From contig CAVRDX010000001.1 of assembly GCA_963719945.1 (NCBI GenBank), positions 842,199 to 906,198 on the forward strand: a stretch of DNA of 64,000 bases, read 5' to 3'. The notes below the pieces were generated by a model. That model had not been told where the DNA came from. It was given only the letters and a program-made list of their open reading frames with translations, and made no database searches. Positions within the stretch are counted from its first letter, which is position 1. Each line of letters opens with the position of its first letter. The translations under genes and the position numbers were made by a program. Below are positions 52,689 through 62,584 of this stretch, piece after piece. This DNA is from an uncultured Thermoplasmata archaeon (lineage in GTDB: Archaea > Thermoplasmatota > Thermoplasmata > UBA10834).

Positions 52689-53989
52689 TTCACACACCTC
52701 TTGACAGCATCGTTTATGACCTTCATTATGTCAGCGGCCCTTTCGGGCTTTCTAGCCTCTGCGAGCATGCGTATCTTGGGCTCGGTGCCCGATGGGCGTA
52801 CCAACGCCCATCCGTCCTCGAACTGCAATCGGAAGCCGTCCACGGTCAGGAGTTCCTCGCACTCGATCGCACGCATCTCCTTGGACAGACGCGATATCAC
52901 GGAGGCTTTCTGACTCACCTCGAAATCGATCGCCTTCCTGAGGGTCGGATACTTGGGTATGGATTTCCTCAGCTCTGACAGCTTCTTCTTGGAGGCTATC
53001 TCCACGATCTTAGCAGCCGCCAGTATGCCGTCCGGACAGTATGATTGCTCGGGGAAGATCCAAGTACCAGAAGGTTCGCCTCCGAAATCCGCCCTGATAC
53101 GCTTGACCTCCTCGCTCACGAACACGTCGCCCACGCGCACGCGCGTTATCTTAGCGGATATGTAATCGTCGATGGCCATCGATGCATCCACCGTGACGAC
53201 CGCCTTCTTCTTCGCGTACCGTTTGGCGAATAGTGCCAGGAGATGATCCCCGCCAAGGAATACGCCCTTGTCGTCGATGGCGACCATCCGGTCAGCATCC
53301 CCATCGTGGGCGATGCCGAGGTCCGACTTGGTCGATACTACCGTGTTCTTGAGATCCGTCAGGTTCTCATCGGTGGGCTCCGGCATCCTTCCAGGAAAAT
53401 GACCGTCGGGATTGGAATTGATGGTGATGACCTTGCAGCCCATGCGCTGGAGCACGAGCGGAGTGATGTTGAACGCTGGGCCGTTCGCGCAATCGACCAC
53501 GACCTTCAACTTCGCGTGACCGACGCCCGCCAGTATCCTCTCGAGATGCCGGTCAACGGCATCCATCATGATATGGCTCGTGCCGACCTTGTCCCAGGAT
53601 CTGCTCTTGAACTTGTTACTCGCAACCAGCTTCTCGATCTTCTTGGACTGTTCGGCCCCGAACCCCATGCCGTCCGGGTTCCACAGCTTGATGCCCGCAT
53701 ACTCCGGTGGATTGTGACTAGCTGTCAGCATGACACCGCAACTCATCTCTCGCGCAGCCTCAGCCAAGGTAGGTGTGCTGACGATACCTGCCGAATACAC
53801 ATCGCACCCGCAGGCCATCAGACCGCTCGAGACCGCGGCCTCCATCATAGGGCCAGATGTGCGCGAGTCCCTTCCTATTACTGCACACTCCGCATCGCAA
53901 CCGACTGCCATACCTATCGCCATGGCGAGCTCTGGAGTCATTTGACTGTTGACCAGACCTCGCACGCCAGATGAGCCGAAGAGCGACAT
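52685..53989 (-). CDS. glmM: Phosphoglucosamine mutase / phosphohexomutase
   Basis: FGSSGVRG, TASHNP, DGDADR, GGEPSG, RPSGTEP. Confidence 0.92.
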   Translation of the reverse strand: MSLFGSSGVRGLVNSQMTPELAMAIGMAVGCDAECAVIGRDSRTSGPMMEAAVSSGLMACGCDVYSAGIVSTPTLAEAAREMSCGVMLTASHNPPEYAGIKLWNPDGMGFGAEQSKKIEKLVASNKFKSRSWDKVGTSHIMMDAVDRHLERILAGVGHAKLKVVVDCANGPAFNITPLVLQRMGCKVITINSNPDGHFPGRMPEPTDENLTDLKNTVVSTKSDLGIAHDGDADRMVAIDDKGVFLGGDHLLALFAKRYAKKKAVVTVDASMAIDDYISAKITRVRVGDVFVSEEVKRIRADFGGEPSGTWIFPEQSYCPDGILAAAKIVEIASKKKLSELRKSIPKYPTLRKAIDFEVSQKASVISRLSKEMRAIECEELLTVDGFRLQFEDGWALVRPSGTEPKIRMLAEARKPERAADIMKVINDAVKRCVK

Positions 53990-54086
53990 AGGATCCTCTC
54001 GTTGTCCGAATGATGTACTCGGATATATTACAGATACGTACCATCGCTGATGTCCAGCGAACGTGACTGTAGGTTCCAGGCCGCGA

Positions 54087-56210
54087 TCATTCCTCCGGCG
54101 GCTCCTTGTCCGATGCGTCGCTCTTCACGTCCGCGACCTCCTTGCGAATGCGGAGGTACATGACAGACATCAGGACGGCCAACGCCGCGAACACGGCAAG
54201 GGCCACTATCAGCATCAGGTTCTGCGATTGGGCATCGTCCAGTTCCTCGCTCGTTCCCGTCTGCTCGTCCTGGAGTGCGGAGAGATCGTCAAGGGCATCC
54301 TCCAATTCCGCCTCGGCAGCGGTCAGGTTGAGCAGAGCGTCATCCAGCTGTTCCTGGAGAATATCCCCGTCGTCAAGAGCGGCCGTCAGCAGCGTCTGGA
54401 CCGAGACCAGGTCCGCAAGGGCTTCGTCAAGCAGGTCCTGAGCGGCTGTCAGGGATGCAAGGGCATCGTCAAGGTCGTCTTGGACATCAGCGAGTTCTGC
54501 TAGAGCCGCATCCAACTCATCCTGGGCAGCAGTGAGGTTTGCAAGAGCGTCATCCAACTGGTCCTGTAGAGTCGCCAGCTGCTCCTCCAGGGCCGGAACG
54601 GGATCGACGTATGTCACACTGATCGAGACACTCGCAGAGTTGTTCGCGGCATCGGTTGCGATCGCAGTGATCACGTTCGTGCCTTCGACCAGCGCGACAG
54701 TGCAGACGAACGAACCGTTGGACTCGACCCCGATGAGCAGACCGTTTACGCGTAGAGTCACGTCCGGCTCCGTAACACCCGACACGAACACGTTCCCCGT
54801 CTGTGTCGTGAACCCGTCAGAAGGGCTGTCGATAGTGATGATCGGTGGCGTGATGTCAGGAGATAGGTACTGGTTGGCCCATATGTTGCTCCGGATACCG
54901 TCATACTGCGCCCATACGGCGAATACGTTGCCTAGCCCGTCCACAGCAACCCTCTCGTACGATGCAGACTCCGTCTCGCTGGATGAGACCGCCTCGGCAG
55001 CTCCCCAGCCTTCTCCTACGACGTACCTGCTCGAAGATACGAAGTTGCGCACGCCGTCCGACTGAAGCCACAAAGCGGTGGCGTTACCCGAATGATCGAC
55101 CGCCAGCATGGGAATCCAGGCACTCAACTCGTCAGTCTCGACCAGCTCGGGAACTCCCCAGCCTTCGTCGACGACGTATCGGTTGGACCATACGTCATAG
55201 GCGGATCCAGCCATCTGCATCCACACGACCAACGCGTTCCCGTACCCGTCATTCCCCACTCGAGGCCCGGTTGAATCTCCCGAGTCATAGTCCTCTATCA
55301 GCACTGCGGTCCCCCAGCCCTCGCCGACTACGTAATGGTTCGACCACACGTCGTAGATGCCATCGCCCCATTGATACCACACTGCTGTCGCATTACCGGA
55401 TGGGTCGATGGCCACGTTGGCTTGTTCGGCGTACCCCAAAACGTCGGCCGAGATGATCTCTGCAATGCCCCAGCCCTCACCGACGACATATCGGCTTGAG
55501 GATATGTTGTACCATGCCCCTTCCCACTGGGACCAGACGGCGACCACTTCACCGTTATCGTTGGTGGCCAGGTCGACCGAGAAGGCGTCTTCCACGTAGG
55601 ATTCTATTTCCTCAGCCACTCCCCAGCCTTCGCCTACGACGTATCGGTTAGACCATATGTGGCCGTGGCCGCTGTCTACCTGTTCCCACACAGCAGTCGC
55701 ATTGCCAGACGCATCGACGACCACATGAGCGAGACCTGCTTCCTCGGAATGAGTCTCTATCGGTTCCGCAGTGCCCCAGCCCTCACCGACGACGTATCGG
55801 TTCGACCAGACATCGTTCTTGAAATTGACGCTGTCCCACTGCTGCCACACAGCGATTGCGTTGCCCGACCCATCGACCCCCACATGAGGGTAGAAGGTCT
55901 GTTCGGTATCGGTGGAATCGAGACGCTCAGCATGTCCCCAACCCTCATCGAGGACATATCGGTTCGACCATACGCTGTGCCTGAAGCCGTCCCATTGCTC
56001 CCACACGGCGAATGCATCCCCATTAGGGCCAGCGGCTATCTGAGGAGGTTCGGAGCCTCCAGCGTCATTGTACTCGATCAACTCGGCGTCGCCCCAGCCC
56101 TCGTCCGGGTCGGCCCCTGAGCTGTATTCAGATGCGACGCTCACAGATATCAGACACAAGGCGATGAAGATGCAGTAGACTATTCCCAGAACACTTCTCA
56201 TTCGAATCAC
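54087..56210 (-). CDS. Cell-surface protein: signal peptide, about 8 tandem 51-54-aa repeats, Ig-like domain, coiled-coil stalk, C-terminal TM
   Basis: Repeated WSNRYVVGEGWG, DITPP..TIDSP Ig motif, LDDALAxLTAAQ repeats, TM then basic residues. Confidence 0.88.
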   Translation of the reverse strand: MIRMRSVLGIVYCIFIALCLISVSVASEYSSGADPDEGWGDAELIEYNDAGGSEPPQIAAGPNGDAFAVWEQWDGFRHSVWSNRYVLDEGWGHAERLDSTDTEQTFYPHVGVDGSGNAIAVWQQWDSVNFKNDVWSNRYVVGEGWGTAEPIETHSEEAGLAHVVVDASGNATAVWEQVDSGHGHIWSNRYVVGEGWGVAEEIESYVEDAFSVDLATNDNGEVVAVWSQWEGAWYNISSSRYVVGEGWGIAEIISADVLGYAEQANVAIDPSGNATAVWYQWGDGIYDVWSNHYVVGEGWGTAVLIEDYDSGDSTGPRVGNDGYGNALVVWMQMAGSAYDVWSNRYVVDEGWGVPELVETDELSAWIPMLAVDHSGNATALWLQSDGVRNFVSSSRYVVGEGWGAAEAVSSSETESASYERVAVDGLGNVFAVWAQYDGIRSNIWANQYLSPDITPPIITIDSPSDGFTTQTGNVFVSGVTEPDVTLRVNGLLIGVESNGSFVCTVALVEGTNVITAIATDAANNSASVSISVTYVDPVPALEEQLATLQDQLDDALANLTAAQDELDAALAELADVQDDLDDALASLTAAQDLLDEALADLVSVQTLLTAALDDGDILQEQLDDALLNLTAAEAELEDALDDLSALQDEQTGTSEELDDAQSQNLMLIVALAVFAALAVLMSVMYLRIRKEVADVKSDASDKEPPEE
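55000..56110 (-). repeat. Intragenic tandem repeat, period about 153-162 bp
   Basis: CCCCAGCCYTC...GACGTATCGGTT recurs near 55003, 55156, 55312, 55468, 55621, 55774, 55936 and 56092. Confidence 0.85.
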
Positions 56211-56542
56211 TTCCGTTCATTCCAACAATCACCAGAGCCGACCGGCAACTGCCCCGGATACGAGACGCAATCGCAATCAAGTCAGATGAACCTTTGCGCT
56301 GTCAGTAGGGTTCCGGCACGACCGAAACAGAGGTTCGAAAGTCTTCCGAAAGGATGCCGGAAAAAGGGCAAAAACAGAGCCAGATTCACTGGCTCTGCGA
56401 GGCAACATCGTCAAATCCCGGTGAGCCAGATAGGCTCATTTGACGAGCCAGCATGCGCAAAGTGTTATATATCGCAGATTATGATACATATCTGGACTAT
56501 GCCTGGACGGCATATCCAGAAAGGACAAGGAGGAACACACAA

Positions 56543-56776
56543 ATGGTTATGGAGCCCATAAGTGTCGACAAAGCGATGGAAATCGCAAAGAAGAAGGGTA
56601 TCAAGCCCGGCCGTGTCAAGGACACAAAGGGAGTTCAGTTTACCAAGGGAAGGAACCCCCGCCTCGAGATCATCGACTGGGATGAGTTCAAGGCAACCCT
56701 TTCGAAGAGGAAGCTCGCAGTCTTTGAGAGCGGCGGCTGGATGAAGATAATGAAGGCGCCGAAGGGCAAGAAGTAG
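56543..56776 (+). CDS. Small basic protein
   Basis: TATA TTATATAT at 56465, SD AGGAGG, Lys-rich 77-aa product, pyrimidine terminator. Confidence 0.8.
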   Translation: MVMEPISVDKAMEIAKKKGIKPGRVKDTKGVQFTKGRNPRLEIIDWDEFKATLSKRKLAVFESGGWMKIMKAPKGKK

Positions 56777-56941
56777 GCACTTCACCTTCTGATCAAACCC
56801 CTTACTAATTCCCTTAACTTTTCTATCCTGGATGTCTGAGCTGCAGCGCCGTCTGGCGACATCCAGGAATCATTCCTGATCGGATACTACATAGACTGTC
56901 GTCAGAGAAGCTTTTTCACAGAACCAAATGATTACCTGGGC

Positions 56942-58186
56942 ATGAGCGCGGTCATCAGTGAGCATCAGATTTCTAAGAAGATATCCGACCCGGCGTACTC
57001 GAAGTGGGTCTCTAAGACATTCCCAGCGCTGAAGGGGAACGTGTTCCTTGGCTCCGCGGGCAGGGGACCGATGCCCATCACCACCGTCGTGGCGATGGAG
57101 AAGCTGGTGAAGAGCTGGAGGATGAGCATCACCAGGGACAAGACCGAGGACGAGATAACCGCGGACTTCAAGAAAGAGGCTTCGCTCCTGATAGGAGCGC
57201 AGACGAACGAGGTGGCGTTCGTTCCGAGCACCACGTTCGGCATCAACATGTTCGCAGGCGCGGTCAAGTGGAAGAGGGGGGACGAGATAGTCATATGCGA
57301 TGTCGAGTACCCCGCGAACGTGTTCCCGTGGGCCCTGGCTGCGAGCCAGGCAGGCGCGAAGCTCGTCACTGTCAAATCAAGAAATGGAATCGTCGACGAG
57401 AAGGACATCGAGAAGGCGATCACAGACAAGACCCGCTTGGTCACCATGAGTCACGTACAGTTCGGCACCGGGCAGAAGATGCAGGTCGACCGTGTGGCTG
57501 AGGCGTGTGAGAAGCACGATGCTATGCTGTTCCTTGACTCTATTCAGGCGCTTGGGGCAGTTAAGTTCAATGTCAAGAAGAAGAACATCTCCGGCCTGTG
57601 CGCGGGTGGATACAAATGGATGCTGGGGCCAGTAGGTTCTGGGATACTATACATTTCGAAGGATATGTTGACACAGATGAAACCTCAGTGCGTATCGTGG
57701 ACCGCCCTGGACGCCGAGCAGAGGAAGGAGGCGTGGCAGAAGGTCGTGCTCGGAGGATATCAGGCAGAGAACCACATCAACCTCGGTAAGGACATAGGCG
57801 TGTTCGAGGCTGCGAACGAGTGCATGGTGCAGGAGAAGGGGTTGACGGAGTCCGTCAAGTTCCTGAGGTCGCTGGGACTGGGGGACATCGAGGGAAGGAT
57901 ACACGATCTGAACGATCATCTGCTAGAGCAGCTCGATTCAAAAGGGTTCGAGGTCGTGACCCCAAGGAGCCGCTCCCGGAGAGCGGGAATAATCGCGTTC
58001 TGCGGGAAGGAGAAGGTTCATTCCATGGACGTGGAGGCTGAGATCCTCAAGGAGCTAGGGAATGTCAAGGTGGCCATCAGGCAGGGTGTGTTCAGGACGG
58101 GAGTGCACTTCTTCAACTGCAAGGAAGACATCGATAAGGCCGTCTCGAAATTGTCGAATATCTGCCAGAAGAGAGGTCTCATTTAG
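56942..58186 (+). CDS. Class V PLP-dependent aminotransferase-fold enzyme
   Basis: EYPAN, SHVQF.TG, DSIQ, GYKWMLGP; no SufS/IscS catalytic Cys motif seen. Confidence 0.88.
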   Translation: MSAVISEHQISKKISDPAYSKWVSKTFPALKGNVFLGSAGRGPMPITTVVAMEKLVKSWRMSITRDKTEDEITADFKKEASLLIGAQTNEVAFVPSTTFGINMFAGAVKWKRGDEIVICDVEYPANVFPWALAASQAGAKLVTVKSRNGIVDEKDIEKAITDKTRLVTMSHVQFGTGQKMQVDRVAEACEKHDAMLFLDSIQALGAVKFNVKKKNISGLCAGGYKWMLGPVGSGILYISKDMLTQMKPQCVSWTALDAEQRKEAWQKVVLGGYQAENHINLGKDIGVFEAANECMVQEKGLTESVKFLRSLGLGDIEGRIHDLNDHLLEQLDSKGFEVVTPRSRSRRAGIIAFCGKEKVHSMDVEAEILKELGNVKVAIRQGVFRTGVHFFNCKEDIDKAVSKLSNICQKRGLI

Positions 58187-58293
58187 GGTTCGTGGCATTC
58201 ATCTAGACCAGATGGCTCTGTTTCCTGCAAGACCTTGCCATTGAGGTGGAGACAGAGTTATTTATACGGCAACCATAATCACATCTTCCCAAA

Positions 58294-58378
58294 GCAGGGA
58301 TAGCCAAGCCTGGTCAACGGCGCTAGATTCAGGGTCTAGTCGTGAAGGCGTTCGCCGGTTCAAATCCGGCTCCCTGCA
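58294..58378 (+). tRNA. tRNA-Leu(CAG)
   Basis: GCAGGGA/TCCCTGC acceptor, CTAGA-TTCAGGG-TCTAG anticodon arm, long variable arm, GGTTCAAATCC; upstream TTTATA. Confidence 0.96.
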
Positions 58379-59055
58379 CTTTGCCGATACTGGCTTTTCG
58401 TCAATCAAGGGTTTTTAGCTACGAGCTAAACTCCTTACTCCTTTTTTATTCTGCAACCAGGATTTCATGTGAAACCGGCCCCAAATCGCCCTGCAGGGAT
58501 GATCCGTCTTTTCCCTCTATTATCCCTCTCGAGACCGAGAGGCATCCGAGACGGACCCGAGAGGGAACGCGCAGAGATCGTAATTGCAGAGCCGGAAATC
58601 CCTCTCTCGTCCCTCTTCTTCCCTCTTTTCGGGAGAGTATCAAATTTCCGTGTAAAAGACGGATGTTCTACGTGAGGAAGCGCACTCCTATCGATACAAG
58701 CGCGATTATCACGCTCGCAACCACAACAATAATCCAAAACCGCATTCGCACTCTGCGATTGTTTGCCAACACGGATACGGGCACATTCCACCACGCAAGG
58801 ATATGCCCTCCATCAAGGAGCGGCCTGTCCCTATAGGACCCCCCGCTCCATCCATCTGCCTTTCTGATATGGACAGATCCCGCCGTCTCTGATGGAGCTT
58901 ATCGTAGTCGATGAGGACCTTCGACTCGATAATCATCTTCCCGCGGGAGGACTTCCTTGTCCGTTCCTCAGGTAGCATGTCATCATAGTATTCTCTTGCC
59001 TGATTAAGCAGTTAACTCAGGAATCCCAATCCGATAGAGTTCTAATCGAAATGGA

Positions 59056-59079
59056 GTGGACCGAAGGGGATTTCAACCC
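59056..59079 (-). repeat. tRNA-Ala-like 3' fragment (att-like)
   Basis: Minus strand GGGTTGAAATCCCCTTCGGTCCAC. Confidence 0.7.
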
Positions 59080-59211
59080 ACATTTTCGACTGGCTCGGCT
59101 GAAAAAGGTACATAGTCCTTCCAGAAAGGCATCTCGGGAAGGGTAACGAAAAGGAGGGGTTAATTGCCCCTCGCCTAACCCCTTCTCTTTCCCAATAATC
59201 CGCTAATTTCA

Positions 59212-59361
59212 TTAGGAGAGAATAGCAAAAAGCACTATCGCCACAATCGGCCCTACAACTCCGACCAGAAACATCAGCACATATTGCAGATTGACATCCT
59301 TAGTGAATCTGTTCTTCACCCCCGCTGAGGTTCCGTCATTCGTCGGTATATCCCTGGCCAT
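59212..59361 (-). CDS. Small single-TM peptide (49 aa), not in ORF track
   Basis: MARDIPTNDGTSAGVKNRFTKDVNLQYVLMFLVGVVGPIVAIVLFAILS; SD GGAG. Confidence 0.55.
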   Translation of the reverse strand: MARDIPTNDGTSAGVKNRFTKDVNLQYVLMFLVGVVGPIVAIVLFAILS

Positions 59362-59414
59362 CGACTCTCCGTCAAGTGATGAGATTCTATGGGCATACGC
59401 TTTTCGGTGGCATC

Positions 59415-59441
59415 CCGACTCTATGGCCTTTTCTCACGAAT
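59415..59441. repeat. Cassette arm repeat, copy C
   Basis: CCGACTCTATGGCCTTTTCTCACGAAT. Confidence 0.7.
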
Positions 59442-59654
59442 GACAATAAGAATATTCACGCACGAATATAAATTGACCCTGTGGGATTAGGAATCACAAG
59501 ACTAACTGGCTCACACCCCAAAATGCCCTTGTTAGGGCATCTTCGCCGAGGAGACGGATTGAAAGATAGACCAAAACCCGTTGTTCTTTTAGAGGGGTAT
59601 ATGCCCCTCATCAAACCCCTTCTTTTTCCTCCAGCTCAACGGTCGCCCAGCATT

Positions 59655-60077
59655 CTAGTAGCTGAGCTGCCATCCAACACTGCCGAGTGGGAATATGTTG
59701 ATCTGCAGTACCTGTCCATCGCTCAGTAGATACGGACACACCAGATCTTGTCCTGGCAAGACATCATATCTGAACATGATTGCCGCCGCATCGAATCCGT
59801 TGAACTTGTGAATCTCACTCCCATTGGATGCCAGCGTCCCACTGGCCAACATCACTCCTGTGTGGGCGTAATAGATCTCATACTGGACATCGTTTGGATA
59901 GCTCAGGCTGTCGACCTGTATCGTGGCTTTCTCCACGAACACATCAGTATAGAAGTACGCTAGTGCAAGTGATGCCAACACAATCACAGCAATCACCGCT
60001 GCAGCCAGCTTGACCGATCTGGACTTGCCCTTGTCAGTGAAGGACTTCCTGTTTTCTGCGATGTCAATCTGCCCCAA
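59655..60077 (-). CDS. Single-TM protein with extracellular beta domain
   Basis: TTG 60077 after GGAGG and the cassette promoter; the longer track ORF overlaps another gene. Confidence 0.7.
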   Translation of the reverse strand: MGQIDIAENRKSFTDKGKSRSVKLAAAVIAVIVLASLALAYFYTDVFVEKATIQVDSLSYPNDVQYEIYYAHTGVMLASGTLASNGSEIHKFNGFDAAAIMFRYDVLPGQDLVCPYLLSDGQVLQINIFPLGSVGWQLSY

Positions 60078-60097
60078 TGCCACATCCTCCAATGTCC

Positions 60098-60127
60098 GAA
60101 TCGCTATCGGTGGCTTAATGGCTTCTC
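60098..60127 (-). promoter_or_regulatory. Cassette promoter repeat
   Basis: Minus GAGAAGCCATTAAGCCACCGATAGCGATTC (BRE-TATA-like). Confidence 0.75.
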
Positions 60128-60439
60128 TCATCCAGATGGTTTGCGCCCGCATCGAGGGCAGTAGACCGCATCGGGTGCTTGGGGCGAACCACAGTATGAG
60201 CAGAACGACCCTTGACCAATTGGCTGTTGGGAATGGATTAGTCCCTGGGGTTGATAACCTTGATTGGGTGGCGGTCCATATTGATACATAACCGTAGGTG
60301 GTTTCTCGCTCTGCACAAAGCCGATTATCATAATGACCAACCCGACAATTACGAGTATCCCTCCCAAACAGCAGAGCCATCCGAAAATGATCCCGACAAC
60401 AATTAGGACTAGGCCAATCACCACTGTGTTGGTTTTCAA
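60128..60439 (-). CDS. 2-TM protein with C-terminal zinc ribbon
   Basis: TTG start, 2 TMs, Pro/Gln linker, FCSYCG..YCPRCG. Confidence 0.75.
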   Translation of the reverse strand: MKTNTVVIGLVLIVVGIIFGWLCCLGGILVIVGLVIMIIGFVQSEKPPTVMYQYGPPPNQGYQPQGLIHSQQPIGQGSFCSYCGSPQAPDAVYCPRCGRKPSG

Positions 60440-60473
60440 CCACCGACACCAGAGGCGGATTGATCCTGGGCAT

Positions 60474-60503
60474 CTTAAGGGCTTCTCTTCTGCCCCTATG
60501 ACC
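60474..60503 (-). repeat. Cassette arm plus promoter repeat, copy D
   Basis: + strand CTTAAGGGCTTCTCTTCTGCCCCTATGACC. Confidence 0.7.
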
Positions 60504-60613
60504 ACATCTCACAATAAGCCACCACTGTGCATCCTATCGAATGTGATATGTAATCAGTGAGCGACCTTCAATCGGGAGATGTGCAAGCTCGGGCGTGAAA
60601 TCATATTGTTATC

Positions 60614-61147
60614 TCAAGACGGCACGTCCCACCTTGACTCCATTGTGATCCTGGGCGGCAGCCTCTTCACTAGCAGTTCTCTTATGACTGCTGCGTACTC
60701 GGAGAGAAGCTCATTCCACCTCCGTATCCACTGTGACTGTCCTTCAGACATCCCCTCGACTAGCAACCTCTGCTTGATGTACAGATTGGCGTCGATAGCG
60801 ACGGTAAGCTTCTTCGGCTTCTCTCCCTCTGCACAATGTGATATCCAGAGTCCCAGCTTGTCGTATGTCCTGTTCGGCTGCACCGGAGGGGCGTAGAATC
60901 GCAGATTCCTCACGGTCGAATAAGGTATTACGATGGTTCCGACCTGCGCCGCTAGTCTGTCCGCATCAGTCACTCTGTCTATTGGTTGCGAGTGTATCTT
61001 CTCAGGCCAATTCGGTCTGTTCGCCTTGGAAACCTCGACGAGGAGGAAGCTATTGCGAGTAATGACAAGATCATAGGTTTTGTGAGTGAACCAGCTATAT
61101 GAGGCGATTACGCCCCTGACCACCGGATCGTCGTCCTCGTTCGCCAT
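60614..61147 (-). CDS. Hypothetical protein (PH-like pattern)
   Basis: YDLVIT..SFLLV and IPYSTV; own promoter. Confidence 0.7.
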   Translation of the reverse strand: MANEDDDPVVRGVIASYSWFTHKTYDLVITRNSFLLVEVSKANRPNWPEKIHSQPIDRVTDADRLAAQVGTIVIPYSTVRNLRFYAPPVQPNRTYDKLGLWISHCAEGEKPKKLTVAIDANLYIKQRLLVEGMSEGQSQWIRRWNELLSEYAAVIRELLVKRLPPRITMESRWDVPS

Positions 61148-61156
61148 TTCTGTTCC

Positions 61157-61186
61157 GAATCGCTCTCGATGGCTTAAGGCCTTCTC
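61157..61186 (-). promoter_or_regulatory. Cassette promoter repeat E
   Basis: Minus GAGAAGGCCTTAAGCCATCGAGAGCGATTC; its TAA is the stop of the upstream gene. Confidence 0.78.
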
Positions 61187-61638
61187 TCATCTGAAGGAGG
61201 AGGATTCGGTAAATGGCCGCCTGGACTGATAGATAGAATCCTTCCGAGAATACCCGCAGGCTTCTGACGGTATCCTACTCCAATAGGGTAGACCAGACTT
61301 ACCAACACAATGACTGCGCCAACGAGTGCCAAATATGGGCCAATCCCTGAAGGTAGTTTGCCGTCGGTGTTAGAAATGAAGGCCGATATAAAGAGAGGAA
61401 CCCCGACGATCTGCATTACCCCTCCCAGAGGCGATATGAAAGCTACAACTGCTCCAATCAGGCATAGAATGGCTGGAAGCCAAAAATCCGATGAGCTTTC
61501 AACTTGATTGTAGACGTCTATCAGGTTCATCTCCCTGCTCCAGAACATGAAGCCCACAGTAATCCAAGTAGAGAAGACCGCAACCACGCCGATAACCGCA
61601 CCCACTATGCATAGTATGTTTAGACGCACTCTTGCCAT
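61174..61638 (-). CDS. 4-TM membrane protein, paralog of the 63432 gene
   Basis: LNILCIVGAVI..W and SPLGGVMQIVG match VNLLCLLGAVI..W and TPLGGIPQIVG. Confidence 0.8.
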   Translation of the reverse strand: MARVRLNILCIVGAVIGVVAVFSTWITVGFMFWSREMNLIDVYNQVESSSDFWLPAILCLIGAVVAFISPLGGVMQIVGVPLFISAFISNTDGKLPSGIGPYLALVGAVIVLVSLVYPIGVGYRQKPAGILGRILSISPGGHLPNPPPSDERRP

Positions 61639-61653
61639 TTCGTACCGCCCTCA

Positions 61654-61702
61654 TAATCGCTCTCAATGGCTTAAGGGCTTCTATCCGCCCCTATGGCATT
61701 TT
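61654..61702 (-). repeat. Cassette arm plus promoter repeat, copy F (closest to consensus)
   Basis: + strand TAATCGCTCTCAATGGCTTAAGGGCTTCTATCCGCCCCTATGGCATTTT. Confidence 0.8.
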
Positions 61703-61789
61703 TCCAAAATGAGATGGCCGAAGTCAGATCCTCTCCATGGCAAGTGCGCACAAGTCCACTTGGTCACCAGATAATTCAGGGTGACTAGA

Positions 61790-62359
61790 CTACCTAATCA
61801 TCCTGTCAGCGATGGCCTTGCCAATAATATCCCGTGCCTCTGGAGGTTCCAGCCGTCTACACTGTTTCAGGCTGAGTGAATCCACTTCGAACATCTTGTC
61901 GTATGTGCTTTTGTATCCTGAATACTCACCCGAAAAGCTCACTTCAAGCATCTGAATGAACACGATATTCACTACCGAGCAGGTCGCGATTGAATCAAGG
62001 CTCGAAGAGATGAATATCTCAGGATTTGGCTTAAAACCAAATTTCTGCCTTGCGAGAATGAATCTCTGGTTCGTGATTAATACATAGCAACCAAATGACC
62101 AACTCTCTTCGTTGGATCCCTTGATGAGGAATTCCAGAAGGTTTCTCTGTCCGCCATCTCTTCTAGAGACGTTGCAATTCGCACTCCACATGCAGACGAT
62201 CTTCTCATCAGCTCTGAGGCCAAACAATGTTCCACATTGTGTAAACTGTGAAGAGTCCTCTGTTAGTTGTCTTTGTTCCTTGATTGTCCCAGCGCATGTG
62301 CCGCAATACATAACGTAATCAGGGTTCTCAGCACCGCACCTTGGGCACTTCACGGCCAT
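61790..62359 (-). CDS. Zinc ribbon plus PH-like domain protein
   Basis: CPRCG.EN....YCGTC; VLITNQRFIL. Confidence 0.75.
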   Translation of the reverse strand: MAVKCPRCGAENPDYVMYCGTCAGTIKEQRQLTEDSSQFTQCGTLFGLRADEKIVCMWSANCNVSRRDGGQRNLLEFLIKGSNEESWSFGCYVLITNQRFILARQKFGFKPNPEIFISSSLDSIATCSVVNIVFIQMLEVSFSGEYSGYKSTYDKMFEVDSLSLKQCRRLEPPEARDIIGKAIADRMIR

Positions 62360-62371
62360 TTCTCCATGTCC

Positions 62372-62451
62372 AAATCGTTTTCGACGACTTAATTACTTCT
62401 CTTCCGCCCCCATGGCATCTTCTCATGAATGGTGGACCCTGTGGGGAAACC
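62372..62451 (-). repeat. Complete unit, copy G: tRNA-Ala-like 3' end, arm and promoter
   Basis: Minus GGTTTCCCCACAGGGTCCACCA-TTCATGAGAAGATGCCATGGGGGCGG-AAGAGAAGTAATTAAGTCGTCGAAAACGATTT. Confidence 0.72.
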
Positions 62452-62584
62452 TAGTGGAGCTAGCCAGCAAGTCGAGGTTGTCTGTCAATCAACGGTGATC
62501 GTACTCGGACCCAAACCACTTAACCATTATCAAGATAGCGAGACGAACCATCTCCCTTTAGACGCATTCAGTTCTTGCGTTAGG

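Noticed and set aside
55000-56110. Regularly spaced DNA repeats resembling a CRISPR array
   Set aside because: Period is about 153-162 bp, copies are degenerate at third codon positions and lie in frame within a protein; no cas genes are present
56942-58186. Cysteine desulfurase call
   Set aside because: The catalytic Cys loop motif was not found; left as a generic class V PLP enzyme
58482-58495. CAAATCGCCCTGCA as a duplicate of the tRNA-Leu 3' end
   Set aside because: Short, gapped match; could be chance
58400-59000. Short ORFs after tRNA-Leu, including 58709-58978
   Set aside because: No motif or consistent coding signal; probably decayed sequence
59655-60512. 285-aa ORF from the track
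   Set aside because: Its N-terminal half overlaps the zinc-ribbon gene in another frame and crosses a promoter repeat; the real gene probably starts at 60077
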